Made by a program: the position numbers and the translations under genes. From an uncultured archaeon (lineage in GTDB: Archaea > Asgardarchaeota > Lokiarchaeia > Sigyniarchaeales > SOKP01): DNA of 64,000 bases. Shown piece by piece: positions 42,081 to 52,717 of the stretch. The notes below the pieces were generated by a model. It saw nothing but the letters and a program-made list of their open reading frames with translations, was not told where the DNA came from and ran no database searches. The stretch lies in NCBI GenBank assembly GCA_964632315.1, contig CAZWEM010000003.1:73823-137822 (forward strand), given 5' to 3'. Every line of letters begins with the position of its first letter. Within the stretch, counting starts at the first letter, position 1.

Positions 42081-42413
42081 TTAGACTTCAGTTCCACAAG
42101 ACTTACAAATATATTTCTTTGCATAAATCTTCATTCCGCCTTGTTGAAAAAGCACCTGTGACTGATCTTCAACCGTATTAAATGAAGTTCCCCCACATTT
42201 TGGGCAAACTCTCCTACCTTCTATAGGAGGATTTTCCTTAGTTTTTTCCTCTTCCTCCTGCTTTTCAACTACCGAGGAGGGTTTTACAATACCACTTGCT
42301 TCTGGCATGGAATGAGAAACTGTTCTTGTTTGCGATTTGTTTTCCAGAAGGGAATCAAGTTTTTTATTGATCACTTCTAGTAATGAAATTACTTTCTGTT
42401 CAAAATCAGACAT
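42081..42413 (-). CDS. Small protein with a C-terminal zinc ribbon
   Basis: Start placed at MSDFEQKV (42413); GRRVCPKCG...KKYICKSCG. Confidence 0.8.
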   Translation of the reverse strand: MSDFEQKVISLLEVINKKLDSLLENKSQTRTVSHSMPEASGIVKPSSVVEKQEEEEKTKENPPIEGRRVCPKCGGTSFNTVEDQSQVLFQQGGMKIYAKKYICKSCGTEV

Positions 42414-42522
42414 AAAAGATACTCCAATTTTTTTATGATTATAAATCGATTTTAATAAATTATCTAAAATTTTCATTAAAAATTTATGCTTAGTGAAAAT
42501 TTGAACCTGAGGATCTGTTTGC

Positions 42523-44844
42523 CTATCTTTTTTCTTTTGAAGGAGCAAAAATCTTGAAAAAATCTCTTTTTAATTTAACTTGAGCTTGAAATTTGATTAT
42601 CACTTTATTTCCTGTTAATGTGACCCCATGCAATTGGGTAAAACCACTTCCAAATCCAGTAAAAGCTATTATGTCCCCATTACTAAGATTCGAATCTAAT
42701 TTTGATGCATCTTTTATACGGAGATAAATCCCTCGATATAAATCCTCTAATTTATTCATATTATGAATACTGGAGAAAACGGAACTTCCACTATAATTTT
42801 CTATAATATAATCATATAGTTGATTAAGTGGTTTTTTATCAATTTTAATTATTTCACCTTTGAGCCCTCGCTTTGCAATTAATAATGCCGCAATTGCGTG
42901 GTCCACGAATCCTTTCGCCTTAACTTCATTTACCAATTCTCCTTTTTGAAGGTGAAATAATGCTTCCTTTGTAGTTTTAAACTCATCAATTAAAAAAATA
43001 TCAGGTTTTCTAATTCTAGACCCTTCTGTAGGGGTTTCTGAATTTAATTCATTGGGATTAATTGCAAAATAATCTAAAAGAAATTCTAATATGAATTGTG
43101 AACCAGATCCCGAACCAATATAAATTTTTGTGATTAACTCCTTTTCATTTTCTAAAAATGTATTTAGTTCATACTCAAGTTGTTTTCGAGCTACATTATG
43201 AGACTTTCGATCCTCAATACTTCTTTTCAAATTAACATACCATAAAGAAGGCAACTGTCCCCTCTCAATCACACAGAAACCAAAATGTCTAGTTCCCGGA
43301 TCCACTGAAAGAATTTTTTCCTCAAGATCAAATTTGAGCAAGCTTAAATGAGCTTGACCTTCAGAGACTTTCATTAGGGAATTAAAGAATTTTTCAAATT
43401 CTTCATTCTTAATTTGGAGGAAAATTTTGTTGTTTGAAGACTTAAATAAGACTTCAACCTTATACTTCTCAATTAAAGGATTGAGGTCATAAAAATTTTC
43501 TACTTGAACGATAACATCTTGATAAGGTATTAATTTAATTATTTTGACTTTTTCAATCGCTTTTGTAATTGCTTGAGCAATATGTTCTTCCTTTTTACCC
43601 GAATAAATTTCAACGTGTAGACCATCTAAATGAAAGGCATCATAAGCAACCGCTGCGCCAAGAATATCGCATTGTCTTGTAGCTCGAAGCCCATTTCGTT
43701 GAATTGTGAGTTTATCTCTTATTCTAGGAATTATTTTTACTGATGCAGTTTCATATTTTGCCTTACTACTTCTATTAATCGTTATAATTCCCTTAATCTT
43801 AGAACCGATAACTTCAAAATCAATCAAGTTTTCAAGCATTTCTTGAAAATATTCAAATTGTAAGTCTCCTTGCGTTAGAATTGTGATTTTTCTTCCCTCA
43901 TAATAATAATCCAAATTAGGAAAGATTTTCTTAATTTTTTCTAAAACTTCTAGAGCAACATGGAATTTTGAAGGATCTTGAATTGCTATATAATGCTCTT
44001 TTCTCGGTTTGATTTCGGATAAAATTCCTACAAGTTTAGGAGAAATAAATTTTCCATTTTTATACTTTGAGCCAAGTTCAAAATTAGGAACTACATTAAA
44101 TAATAATTGAACAATCTCGCCCTCACAAGCCCGTTTTTCAGGTTTACCAGATAAGGAGTAGATAAACTTTATTTTAATCTTTTCATTTATCCATTGATTT
44201 TCTCTTATCTCACCTGAAATAATTCCAATGTTTACAAGTTCTCCTAATCCTTTTTTAGTCTCGAATCCAAGTATGATGAATGATAAAATTTCTTCCATCT
44301 CTACTCGAATCTTTGCTTGTAGTGTGATCTTTTCAATTAACTTATCAATGCCAATCCTTAATTTTGAGGAAGTCTCTATGATCGAAAGAATTTTTAAACT
44401 TTCTATACTATTTAATTCCTTTTTTATTTTTTCAACATTGATCCCCGATAAATCCATTTTAGTAATGATAATCATAACTGGAATGTTTTTTTCAATAGCT
44501 TTATCAACTAACCAATAGGTTCTTGCTTGAAATCCTTCTGATCCTGAAACTACTAATCCTAGAATATCTGCAAATTCCAGACCAAGTGCGATACCTCCTT
44601 GAAAATCAGAATGGCCTGGGCTATCAAGAAAATTTATAAAAGTGTTTTTCTGTGATAAAAAGAATTGAATCACTTTTAAAGAAACAGTTGTACCATGATT
44701 TAATTCGAAATTTAAATTATCGGGAAATTCCCCTACAATTGCTTCAATTAGAGAGCTTTTACCATGTTGAGAATGTCCGCAAATTAAAATGTTGAGAATT
44801 TTAGGAGTTTCTTTCATTCTATACCAAACTGATTCAGTCTTCAA
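42523..44844 (-). CDS. Translation-factor-like GTPase fused to a YqgF/RuvC-like RNase H domain
   Basis: G1 GHSQHGKS, G3 DSPGH, G4 TKMD; later ILSVDPGTRHFG, IDEFKTT and VDHAIAA. Confidence 0.75.
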   Translation of the reverse strand: MKTESVWYRMKETPKILNILICGHSQHGKSSLIEAIVGEFPDNLNFELNHGTTVSLKVIQFFLSQKNTFINFLDSPGHSDFQGGIALGLEFADILGLVVSGSEGFQARTYWLVDKAIEKNIPVMIIITKMDLSGINVEKIKKELNSIESLKILSIIETSSKLRIGIDKLIEKITLQAKIRVEMEEILSFIILGFETKKGLGELVNIGIISGEIRENQWINEKIKIKFIYSLSGKPEKRACEGEIVQLLFNVVPNFELGSKYKNGKFISPKLVGILSEIKPRKEHYIAIQDPSKFHVALEVLEKIKKIFPNLDYYYEGRKITILTQGDLQFEYFQEMLENLIDFEVIGSKIKGIITINRSSKAKYETASVKIIPRIRDKLTIQRNGLRATRQCDILGAAVAYDAFHLDGLHVEIYSGKKEEHIAQAITKAIEKVKIIKLIPYQDVIVQVENFYDLNPLIEKYKVEVLFKSSNNKIFLQIKNEEFEKFFNSLMKVSEGQAHLSLLKFDLEEKILSVDPGTRHFGFCVIERGQLPSLWYVNLKRSIEDRKSHNVARKQLEYELNTFLENEKELITKIYIGSGSGSQFILEFLLDYFAINPNELNSETPTEGSRIRKPDIFLIDEFKTTKEALFHLQKGELVNEVKAKGFVDHAIAALLIAKRGLKGEIIKIDKKPLNQLYDYIIENYSGSSVFSSIHNMNKLEDLYRGIYLRIKDASKLDSNLSNGDIIAFTGFGSGFTQLHGVTLTGNKVIIKFQAQVKLKRDFFKIFAPSKEKR

Positions 44845-44884
44845 ATTATCTATTATTTAGGATAGTTAAATCTCGTTTTAGAAT

Positions 44885-45340
44885 TTACTTTTCTCTACGA
44901 TAACCTTCAACTGATTCAAAATAATCAAGTATTGACATTTTAATTTCAATAGAAGGATAAATGAGTCTTTTTTTTTGAATGTATTTAAGAGCTTGGTTCC
45001 ATGTCCATTTAGGATTCTCTTTCATAAACCAAGCTACAAGGATTCCTCCACTTCTAGATATACCCATAGCACAATGGACCAAGACCTTCCCATCTTTTAC
45101 ATTTTTATCTATAAAAACTAATATATCTTGAATGTATTCATGAGGTGGATACCAATCATCGGGAAATCCTCGATAGAGATAATTGAATCCATAAGGAGTA
45201 GGATCATAAAGGTTATCTTCCATTAAATTAACAATCGCAGTTATTCCAATTTCTCTAAATTTCTCAAAATTTAATCTCGGCCAATATGCTCCTAAATATA
45301 TTTGATCGTCAATCTCGTAAATTTGATCCAGTTCATTCAT
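44885..45340 (-). CDS. Dual-specificity protein phosphatase
   Basis: VHCAMGISRS (CX5R) motif. Confidence 0.92.
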   Translation of the reverse strand: MNELDQIYEIDDQIYLGAYWPRLNFEKFREIGITAIVNLMEDNLYDPTPYGFNYLYRGFPDDWYPPHEYIQDILVFIDKNVKDGKVLVHCAMGISRSGGILVAWFMKENPKWTWNQALKYIQKKRLIYPSIEIKMSILDYFESVEGYRREK

Positions 45341-45352
45341 AATTCTGTATGC

Positions 45353-45730
45353 TCATACTCTCCCTAAATCTCTACTTGCAATGACATTAGCATCAGTATT
45401 AAGAACATTTTTTATAAGAATTTGTCCCATTTTTACTGGAGCCTTTATCTTCTTTTCAGCTATTACTTTCATTGCTTCATTTAATTTATCTCTAAGAATA
45501 GGTTTATCAGTTCTAATTGGTACAAGCGGAAGAAATCCATTTTCTACTCTCATTGTGGTCGTGAGTATTCTTTTTGGTTCATAAAATTCTTGTTGGGCAT
45601 ATTCTAAACCTCTTTTGCACGTATATCCTTCAAACGTGATTTGTTGATCTTTATCTTGCAAAACTTTGATTTCACATCCAGTTGGACATACAATGCATCG
45701 AATTATCCTAACGGTACTTAATTCTGAAAT
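45353..45730 (-). CDS. DUF1667 zinc/Fe-binding protein; probable non-canonical ATT/ATA start
   Basis: The frame extends upstream to include CIVCPTGC. After the GAGGTGA RBS only ATA (45733) or ATT (45730) are available as starts. Confidence 0.78.
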   Translation of the reverse strand: MSELSTVRIIRCIVCPTGCEIKVLQDKDQQITFEGYTCKRGLEYAQQEFYEPKRILTTTMRVENGFLPLVPIRTDKPILRDKLNEAMKVIAEKKIKAPVKMGQILIKNVLNTDANVIASRDLGRV

Positions 45731-45746
45731 TATAGTTCACCTCTTA

Positions 45747-47042
45747 TCAATCCTCTTCTATTAAAACCTCCGGACGAGGTATTATTTCTATTTCGATTGT
45801 CTTTAAAGAATCTAAAGGTAAATCTTTGGGTTCTAGTTCTATTTCAACCATTTCACTTGGAATTACATATACTTTCTTCTTCTTATAAATTACGTTATTA
45901 TTTTGATCCTTAAGTTGGACTAGTATTCTTCTATCGGGATATCTTGCTCGTAATGTAAAGATAATTTTTTCAGATAAATTTTGCATATTTATTCGATCTG
46001 GCTTGATATAATTAACATTCTCTCCAGGTGCACATTTTACATATTCAGGTTCTTTTAATTCTCTACCATGCCTATTTTGGATATAATCTATAGCGTTTTT
46101 ACCGGCTCTTTTCGCTTCAGCAGTGACCATATCAACCAAATCATGAACTTGGAGAACATTTCCACAAGCAAAAATCCCTTCTATAGTTGTTTCAAGATTA
46201 TTATCCACTAAAGGTCCACCATTATTAGAGAGTTCTGCTCCTGCTTGATACGTGAGTTCATTCTCTGGAATTAAACCCACGGATAAGAGTAAAGTATCAC
46301 ACTCAATAAATTTCTCAGAGCCTATAATTCTATCAAAATTTCTGTCTACTTTTGAAATGGTGACGCCAACAATGCGATCTCGTCCATGAATTTTAGTGAC
46401 AGTATAATTTGTAATCAGGGGAATGTCATAATCTTCAAGGCATTGAACCTGGTTTCTTAATAATCCACTTACATATGGTAAGATCTCTACTACTGCTTTA
46501 ACTTTACAACCTTCCCAAGTTAACCGACGTGCCATTATCATCCCAATATCACCACTGCCTAAGATCACGTAAGTGTTTCCGGGCATATATCCCTCAATAT
46601 TAACAAAACGTTGTGCTTGCCCTGCAGTAAATATGCCTGCTGGTCGAAATCCAGGAATGTTTATAGCACCCCTAGTTCTTTCTCTGCATCCCATTGCAAG
46701 AATTATTGCTTTAGAATTTATCTCTATTAAGCCTTGTTCTTTATTTACGGCATATATTCGTTTACTTTTTGTGATTTCAATAACCATAGTGTTTAAAAGA
46801 AAGGGAATTTTTAGTTCATGAACTTGATTAATGAATCTTTGAACGTATTCAGGTCCGGTGAGTTCTTCTTCAAATTCTTTTAAACCAAAACCATTATGAA
46901 TACATTGAAGTGTTATTCCACCCAATTCCTTATCTCTTTCCAATATCAAAACATCAAGATTTGCCTTTTTTACTTCTACTGCAGCAGCCAGTCCCGCTGA
47001 CCCCGCACCAATGATAATAACATCCACGCTAAATGACTTCAT
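45747..47042 (-). CDS. FAD/NAD(P)-dependent oxidoreductase
   Basis: IIGAGSAG, QCIHNGFG, GSGDIG and ACGNVLQVHDLVD motifs. Confidence 0.9.
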   Translation of the reverse strand: MKSFSVDVIIIGAGSAGLAAAVEVKKANLDVLILERDKELGGITLQCIHNGFGLKEFEEELTGPEYVQRFINQVHELKIPFLLNTMVIEITKSKRIYAVNKEQGLIEINSKAIILAMGCRERTRGAINIPGFRPAGIFTAGQAQRFVNIEGYMPGNTYVILGSGDIGMIMARRLTWEGCKVKAVVEILPYVSGLLRNQVQCLEDYDIPLITNYTVTKIHGRDRIVGVTISKVDRNFDRIIGSEKFIECDTLLLSVGLIPENELTYQAGAELSNNGGPLVDNNLETTIEGIFACGNVLQVHDLVDMVTAEAKRAGKNAIDYIQNRHGRELKEPEYVKCAPGENVNYIKPDRINMQNLSEKIIFTLRARYPDRRILVQLKDQNNNVIYKKKKVYVIPSEMVEIELEPKDLPLDSLKTIEIEIIPRPEVLIEED

Positions 47043-48505
47043 TCTTCTTCTACCTCCTCTTGATTTAGAAGAATTTCCTTCGTCTTTCCTGATAAAATAC
47101 GGGTATATTCTCCTTTTTTAGTAATTTTTTCATAAGGAATATTCAACTCTCTTGATAAAATCTCCATAACTCTAGGGCGACAAAAACCTCCTTGGCAGCG
47201 TCCCATCCCTGGACGGCACCTGAATTTAACTCCATCAACATTCGTTGCGCCTACAGGAGAATGAATAGCATTTAAAATTTCTTTTTCAGGAATAGTTTCA
47301 CATCTGCAGATTATATTTCCCCAAGTGGGATCTTCTTGTATTTTTTTATCTAGTTCTTCTTTTGAAAAATCCTTGAAACGTTCAGGCTTAGGTCTTATTG
47401 GGTTATAATCATCTTTAATTTTCAACTCCAAGCCTAAGAGTTCAAGAAATCCAACGACTTTTTCAGCGATAGCAAAACAAGATGTTAAACCTGGAGATAA
47501 TATTCCCGCTACATTGATAAATCCATATACATCCGTATTATCTATTATAAAATCGTAGCTATCTGGAACAGCCCTCAAACCAGCAAAATTCCTTATAGAA
47601 GCCCTTACAGGTAAATTTGGTACGAGTTTTCTTGCGCCTTCTATAATCTCTTTTAAACCCGCTTCTGTTGTGGAGGTGTCTTTTTTATCAGTTATATTTT
47701 GAGCATTAGGACCTACAAAGGTGTTCCCGTGAAGAGTTGGACAAACTAATATACCCTTGGATATTTTTGTGGGAATAGGGAATAATATTTTATTCAAATG
47801 CATTGAATTACGATCAAACAAGATATATTCTCCTTTCCGAGGCATAATATCAAAATAATCCATTCCTACCATTTTTGATATTTTAGCAGCATAGAGTCCA
47901 GCAGCGTTAATTACATTATTTGCACGAAATTCCTTATCTTTTGTTTTTATTATAAACACGTAATTTTGATGCTTTATTCTTTTAACTTTTTGACTTCGAT
48001 AAAATTTAACACCATTCATTGCCGCATTTTCCGCAAGAGCAAAAGTCATCTCATAAGGACTGACAAGTCCTGCTGAAGGAGCATGAAGTACTCCAACTAC
48101 TTCATCAGTTATGTTAGGCTCCATGTATTTAATTTTTTCTTTATCTAAAATAAGATCTAGTCCAAGAACACCATCTTGTGTTCCCTCTTTACGTTGTCTT
48201 TCTAAATCCTTAATTTGATCATCTTCTAAAGCAACTACAAAGGATCCTATTCTCTGAAAAGGGAAATTTAATTCTTCTACAGCTTGTGTATACATTTTGT
48301 TTCCTTTTATGCACAAATCACGTTTAATATATTCCCTTTCTGCTGCGTATCCTGCGTGCACAACTCCAGAATTAGCTTTTGTAGTGCCAGAAGCTACATC
48401 TGCCTCTTTTTCTAAGAGAGCTATATTAAGATCATATTTAGAGAGTGTGCGTGCAATGGTGCAACCGGTTACTCCGCCTCCAATTATGATGACATCATAA
48501 ATCAT
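47039..48505 (-). CDS. FAD-dependent glycerol-3-phosphate dehydrogenase/LhgO-like protein with a BFD-like [2Fe-2S] domain
   Basis: IIGGGVTG, TKANSGVVHAG, SPGLT and CRCE...GRCQGGFC motifs. Confidence 0.88.
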   Translation of the reverse strand: MIYDVIIIGGGVTGCTIARTLSKYDLNIALLEKEADVASGTTKANSGVVHAGYAAEREYIKRDLCIKGNKMYTQAVEELNFPFQRIGSFVVALEDDQIKDLERQRKEGTQDGVLGLDLILDKEKIKYMEPNITDEVVGVLHAPSAGLVSPYEMTFALAENAAMNGVKFYRSQKVKRIKHQNYVFIIKTKDKEFRANNVINAAGLYAAKISKMVGMDYFDIMPRKGEYILFDRNSMHLNKILFPIPTKISKGILVCPTLHGNTFVGPNAQNITDKKDTSTTEAGLKEIIEGARKLVPNLPVRASIRNFAGLRAVPDSYDFIIDNTDVYGFINVAGILSPGLTSCFAIAEKVVGFLELLGLELKIKDDYNPIRPKPERFKDFSKEELDKKIQEDPTWGNIICRCETIPEKEILNAIHSPVGATNVDGVKFRCRPGMGRCQGGFCRPRVMEILSRELNIPYEKITKKGEYTRILSGKTKEILLNQEEVEEE

Positions 48506-48622
48506 GTATGCTTACACCTTATTAGTTAAGAAATTAATCGTGTAGCTTAAGAAGAATAACACAATACTTCTTTAAAACTTATAGGATTAAAAATAAACAA
48601 CGTAGTTATTTTTAAATCAAAT

Positions 48623-48973
48623 TTAAAATAATAAGGTAAATAACCAAAAAAGATTGAATACCAAGGCTATAATGATAAGTACGATCGTTAACGGATTGAA
48701 TAAGATGCTTTTTAGGGATTTAGTATATTTTAATTCGGATGATCCTTTAAATATATTTTCTATAGATTTAAATCCTTGATTAATGGGATTTTTTAGATGA
48801 TAAGAGCCGATAAATTGGGGCATGGATAATTTTTTTAACATTACATTTGGGTCACTTGCATTCAATCTGCCGAGATTACCACTATTAATAATATCTTCAT
48901 AATCTGATAAAAGTTGAGCTTCTTTTTCAGATCCATTGATTTCATTTCTTGAATCTTCTTGCTTCATTTTCAA
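48623..48973 (-). CDS. Small tail-anchored membrane protein
   Basis: C-terminal hydrophobic helix. Confidence 0.65.
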   Translation of the reverse strand: MKMKQEDSRNEINGSEKEAQLLSDYEDIINSGNLGRLNASDPNVMLKKLSMPQFIGSYHLKNPINQGFKSIENIFKGSSELKYTKSLKSILFNPLTIVLIIIALVFNLFWLFTLLF

Positions 48974-49107
48974 CCAATTCTATATATTTACAATAAAAAA
49001 AATACAACTAATCTTAAATTTTTTGTGACTATGAAACATAAAATAGAATTAATGCGATTCATATTTTTAAAAAATACATCTCGATCATTAAGACCATATC
49101 TATTGGA

Positions 49108-50046
49108 TTAGGGATCTTTCACGGCTCGAAAACTCAAGTATGGATAATCATCATGGTTATTCCTACTGTACACGCTTCCACTGTAAGTAATATAATACGA
49201 TTCACCTTCTGAAATTTCCGTGCTTGTCCAATAATAAATCACCTTTGAATGGACTCTCCAAAGGGGTGTTTCTTTGTCTGGTATTTTATTATAAGTTGCA
49301 GTTTTAGTATCATTATGCCATACCCCTCCAACTTGAACACCGTGTAAGCATTGGGATCGAACTATCTCATCAACGCCAGGGACTCGCCAGATATTTTGAG
49401 GTATATCCATCAGCATTGTTCCATTTTCTGCTAAATATAGGGTTCTGTTCTGAGCTTCATACCAAGAAATTCCACCGTCAGGCCATCCAGGCCCACTAGG
49501 CGCCCAAACTAAGGTTATACCATTTCCCTCTACAATTCTTGTTCCATAATCTCCATCATCGATTCTTTGGGATACCCGCCATGCACCTGGTATCCCTGCT
49601 ATTATACTTACTAAAAGTGGTATAATAATGATAGCAATCCTTGCTCGCTTTAGGGATCTAGGTGGCAATTTGCCGAAAAAGAAGAGTAAACCAAGTCCTA
49701 AGAATGGAATTACAATCATGAGACCGACTACTGCAAAATTTCCGAATGAAAAGAATATTGCTAAAAATATTGCGACTAATGAAAATGTTGCAAGGCCAAT
49801 CCTTCTCCAATGAAGAGCAACTAACCCTAAGACAACAAACCCAATAGAAAGACTCATATATTGAATGAACATCATTAAAAGATTTTCCCATATAGAAGTA
49901 GAATACCATCCCTCATGAAAATTTTCAACAATCCCCCAGAATGCCCAAATAGATGACATAAAAATTGATATCCCTACAGCGAACCAACCAAAAAATTTAT
50001 TTCTTTTCGTATGGTCTTTAATCTTTTTAGGTTTTCTAACATCCAT
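49108..50046 (-). CDS. Membrane protein with a C-terminal DUF1566/Lcl-like domain
   Basis: 5 TM helices, then SWYEA...WRVPGVDE...YYWTSTE...FRAVK. Confidence 0.75.
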   Translation of the reverse strand: MDVRKPKKIKDHTKRNKFFGWFAVGISIFMSSIWAFWGIVENFHEGWYSTSIWENLLMMFIQYMSLSIGFVVLGLVALHWRRIGLATFSLVAIFLAIFFSFGNFAVVGLMIVIPFLGLGLLFFFGKLPPRSLKRARIAIIIIPLLVSIIAGIPGAWRVSQRIDDGDYGTRIVEGNGITLVWAPSGPGWPDGGISWYEAQNRTLYLAENGTMLMDIPQNIWRVPGVDEIVRSQCLHGVQVGGVWHNDTKTATYNKIPDKETPLWRVHSKVIYYWTSTEISEGESYYITYSGSVYSRNNHDDYPYLSFRAVKDP

Positions 50047-50337
50047 ATAGCACCCTCTCTATTTCTTATAATAACGCATTTACTTATATAATTTATATAA
50101 TAAGAATGTGTTTATATAACACGAACCAAAAGCATATGTCACTAAAAGGCGTTTTTTAATATATGTCATAATTTCAAAAGAAAAATAAATTATCATTTTG
50201 AAATAGAATTTGGATCGGTTCATAATATATTTCTTTAATTTCCTTTTGATTTTTAGACTTAAGATTTATGGGGTAATATGCATATATTTAAAGTTTTTTA
50301 GAGTAAAAAAATGTAATTTCAAAATCGGAAATTATAT

Positions 50338-50766
50338 TTACCAGAAGGCTTCTTTTAAGTTATCTTCAGGAGCTTTCTCCAAAGATTTCTTTATATGTGT
50401 TCCAAAATCTGCAAAAAGAGAGATATCACTATTCCAATCTAATATAGTATCTTGTGGATACACTTCGAAAAATTTGTCTGAGATGACTTTTAATTCTTCG
50501 AGAGTCTTTTTTTCCTTTGTCTTATTCGCAGTACTTCCAATAAACAAGAATTCTCTTCTCCGTACTACCACAAATCTCAGGTTGCTTAATTCAAAATTAG
50601 AAATGCCTCCATCAGATAACTTTTCTGCAAAGGAGTTCAATGCGGACATTAAAGCACCGAAAAGTTGAGGATTTATTTTTTCATCAATAACTCTTGAATA
50701 TAATACTACCCCAGTAGATGTTAAGATCCACAGATCCTTCAGTATTTTTCCCAAAAGTATCTCCAA
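50338..50766 (-). CDS. Longin-like domain protein
   Basis: LWILTSTGVVLYSR...QLFGALMSALNSFA...KFFEVY pattern typical of Asgard longin-like proteins. Confidence 0.75.
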   Translation of the reverse strand: MEILLGKILKDLWILTSTGVVLYSRVIDEKINPQLFGALMSALNSFAEKLSDGGISNFELSNLRFVVVRRREFLFIGSTANKTKEKKTLEELKVISDKFFEVYPQDTILDWNSDISLFADFGTHIKKSLEKAPEDNLKEAFW

Positions 50767-50962
50767 CTAATTCGAAAGTTTTTACAAAAATATTATAAAT
50801 TACTTAAAAATAAATCTTGTTTTTCCGTAGATAGTGATTGATTTTAAGGTATAAAAATCAATCTAAAATTCAATCAATAGTGAGTTATAGGAATAAACAA
50901 ACAAAAATTTATAATTTAAACTGCTAATTTAATTACGAACTTAAATTGTAGATAATTCTAAA

Positions 50963-52717
50963 ATGAGTGGGAATATAACACCTTCTTTAATTGAGCAATT
51001 TGAAGCTATAGTCGGGAAATCATATTGTTTTTCTGACTATGAAATTAGATGGACTTATGCGTTTGGGGGTTCTTTATTAGAAAGAGCCTGGATTCCCGAT
51101 CTGATATTAATCCCTCAAAACTCCTCGCAGATTTCTGAAATTTTGAAACTAGCCAAAAAAAATAGTATACCAATAATTCCACGAGGTAGTGGTACTAGTT
51201 TATCTGCTGGGCATCTTTCTGCTCTAGGAGGTATTATTTTGGATTTGAATCAATTCAATAACATTATTAATATTGATATTGAAAATAATCTCGTCGAAGT
51301 TGAACCTGGAGTGATTTGTGATGAATTGAATAGAAAGCTCGCACCCCACGGTTATTTTTTCCCTCCCGATCCAGGGTCGAGTTCTGTTTGCACGATTGGA
51401 GGGATGTGCGCTACTAACGCGGGAGGGATTCAAGCATTTAAATATGGAGTGACAAAGGATTATGTTCTTTATTTAGAAGTAGCATTAGCTAATGGTGATA
51501 TTCTAAGATTTGGCACCGAAGTGCTTAAATCAACATCATCATATAATCTTAAGGATTTGTTCATTGGATCAGAGGGTACTTTGGGATTAATTACCAAAAT
51601 TGGATTAAGAATAAAACCATTACCTCCTTTCAGAAAATTAGGGTTGTATATCTTTAAATCAATTGATAAATTAAATGAAGCAGTTATAGATTTGAGAAAG
51701 AAAGGAGTTGTCCCTGTAATGCTGGAATTTTTAGATATGACCACTGCTGATGTCGTATTCAACTATTTAAAAGGTGAATTTATGGATTACCCACGTGGAT
51801 ATGTTTTGATCGCAGATATGGACGGTTTCTCTTTAAGTGAAGTAAATGAAAATTTTAAATATTTACATCAAGTGCTTACAAGCTATGATTTAGAATTTTA
51901 TCAAATTGCTGAAACTGACAAGCAACGAGATAAACTTATAAATGCACGAAAATCTGCTTTACCAGCTTTAGCCAGAGCCGCACCCAGTTGTTGTCTAGAA
52001 GATTGCACTATAAAAATTTCAGATTTTTCTAAAATTATAAAAAAAATTGAGAATTTACCAAGAGATCTCGATCTTTCATATTTAAAAGTGGCTACTTTTG
52101 GTCATATGGACGGAAATTTACACCCAACATTCTTATTTAACGAAAATTCTGAACAAGAAGTCCAAGAGTTTGATACAGCGATTAAGTCTTTATATAATGA
52201 TATAATATTACCTGTTAAAGGTACCATTACGGGAGAGCATGGTATTGGAAAGATTAAAACTCCTTTTTTAATAAAAGAACAGGGGAAAGAAGTGGTTGAG
52301 ATAATGCATGAGATAAAGAAGTTATTTGATCCAAAATTAATTTTTAATCCAGGAATGGGCAAAGGAGATAATAAAAAACCCAGATTTCAAGATTCTCCAA
52401 GAAGATTAATTAATTTGCCAAATAGTTTGTTAAAGTTGAATTGCATTAGATGTGGTTTTTGTACAACGGATTGTCCTTCCAAAATTCATTATCTTAATGA
52501 AGCTTATAGTCCCCGTGGGAGATTAAGCATACTTAATGGCTTAGTTTATGGCGAACTTACCTTAGAGAATCAAGAATTATTAAATGAAATCTTTCATTCT
52601 TGCACGTTATGTGGATTATGTCTCTCTCAATGCCCAGCGGGAGTTTCAACTCAAGAAATATTTGAAAAAGCCAGATTTATAATACATGAGGATAAAAAAC
52701 ATGGAAATCAAAGTTGA
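50963..52717 (+). CDS. FAD-linked oxidase (GlcD / D-lactate dehydrogenase-like) with a C-terminal 4Fe-4S dicluster
   Basis: PRGSGTS, PPDPGS, GHMDGNLH, GEHGIG, CIRCGFCTTDCP and CTLCGLCLSQCP motifs. Confidence 0.9.
   Translation: MSGNITPSLIEQFEAIVGKSYCFSDYEIRWTYAFGGSLLERAWIPDLILIPQNSSQISEILKLAKKNSIPIIPRGSGTSLSAGHLSALGGIILDLNQFNNIINIDIENNLVEVEPGVICDELNRKLAPHGYFFPPDPGSSSVCTIGGMCATNAGGIQAFKYGVTKDYVLYLEVALANGDILRFGTEVLKSTSSYNLKDLFIGSEGTLGLITKIGLRIKPLPPFRKLGLYIFKSIDKLNEAVIDLRKKGVVPVMLEFLDMTTADVVFNYLKGEFMDYPRGYVLIADMDGFSLSEVNENFKYLHQVLTSYDLEFYQIAETDKQRDKLINARKSALPALARAAPSCCLEDCTIKISDFSKIIKKIENLPRDLDLSYLKVATFGHMDGNLHPTFLFNENSEQEVQEFDTAIKSLYNDIILPVKGTITGEHGIGKIKTPFLIKEQGKEVVEIMHEIKKLFDPKLIFNPGMGKGDNKKPRFQDSPRRLINLPNSLLKLNCIRCGFCTTDCPSKIHYLNEAYSPRGRLSILNGLVYGELTLENQELLNEIFHSCTLCGLCLSQCPAGVSTQEIFEKARFIIHEDKKHGNQS

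Noticed and set aside
42414-42548. N-terminal extension of the 155-aa ORF
   Set aside because: It overlaps the upstream gene end and reads like AT-rich intergenic sequence; ATG 42413 is more plausible.
42523-44844. Calling this GTPase SelB/EFSec because selD genes are in the window
   Set aside because: The domain layout after the G domain and the nuclease-like fusion do not fit SelB.
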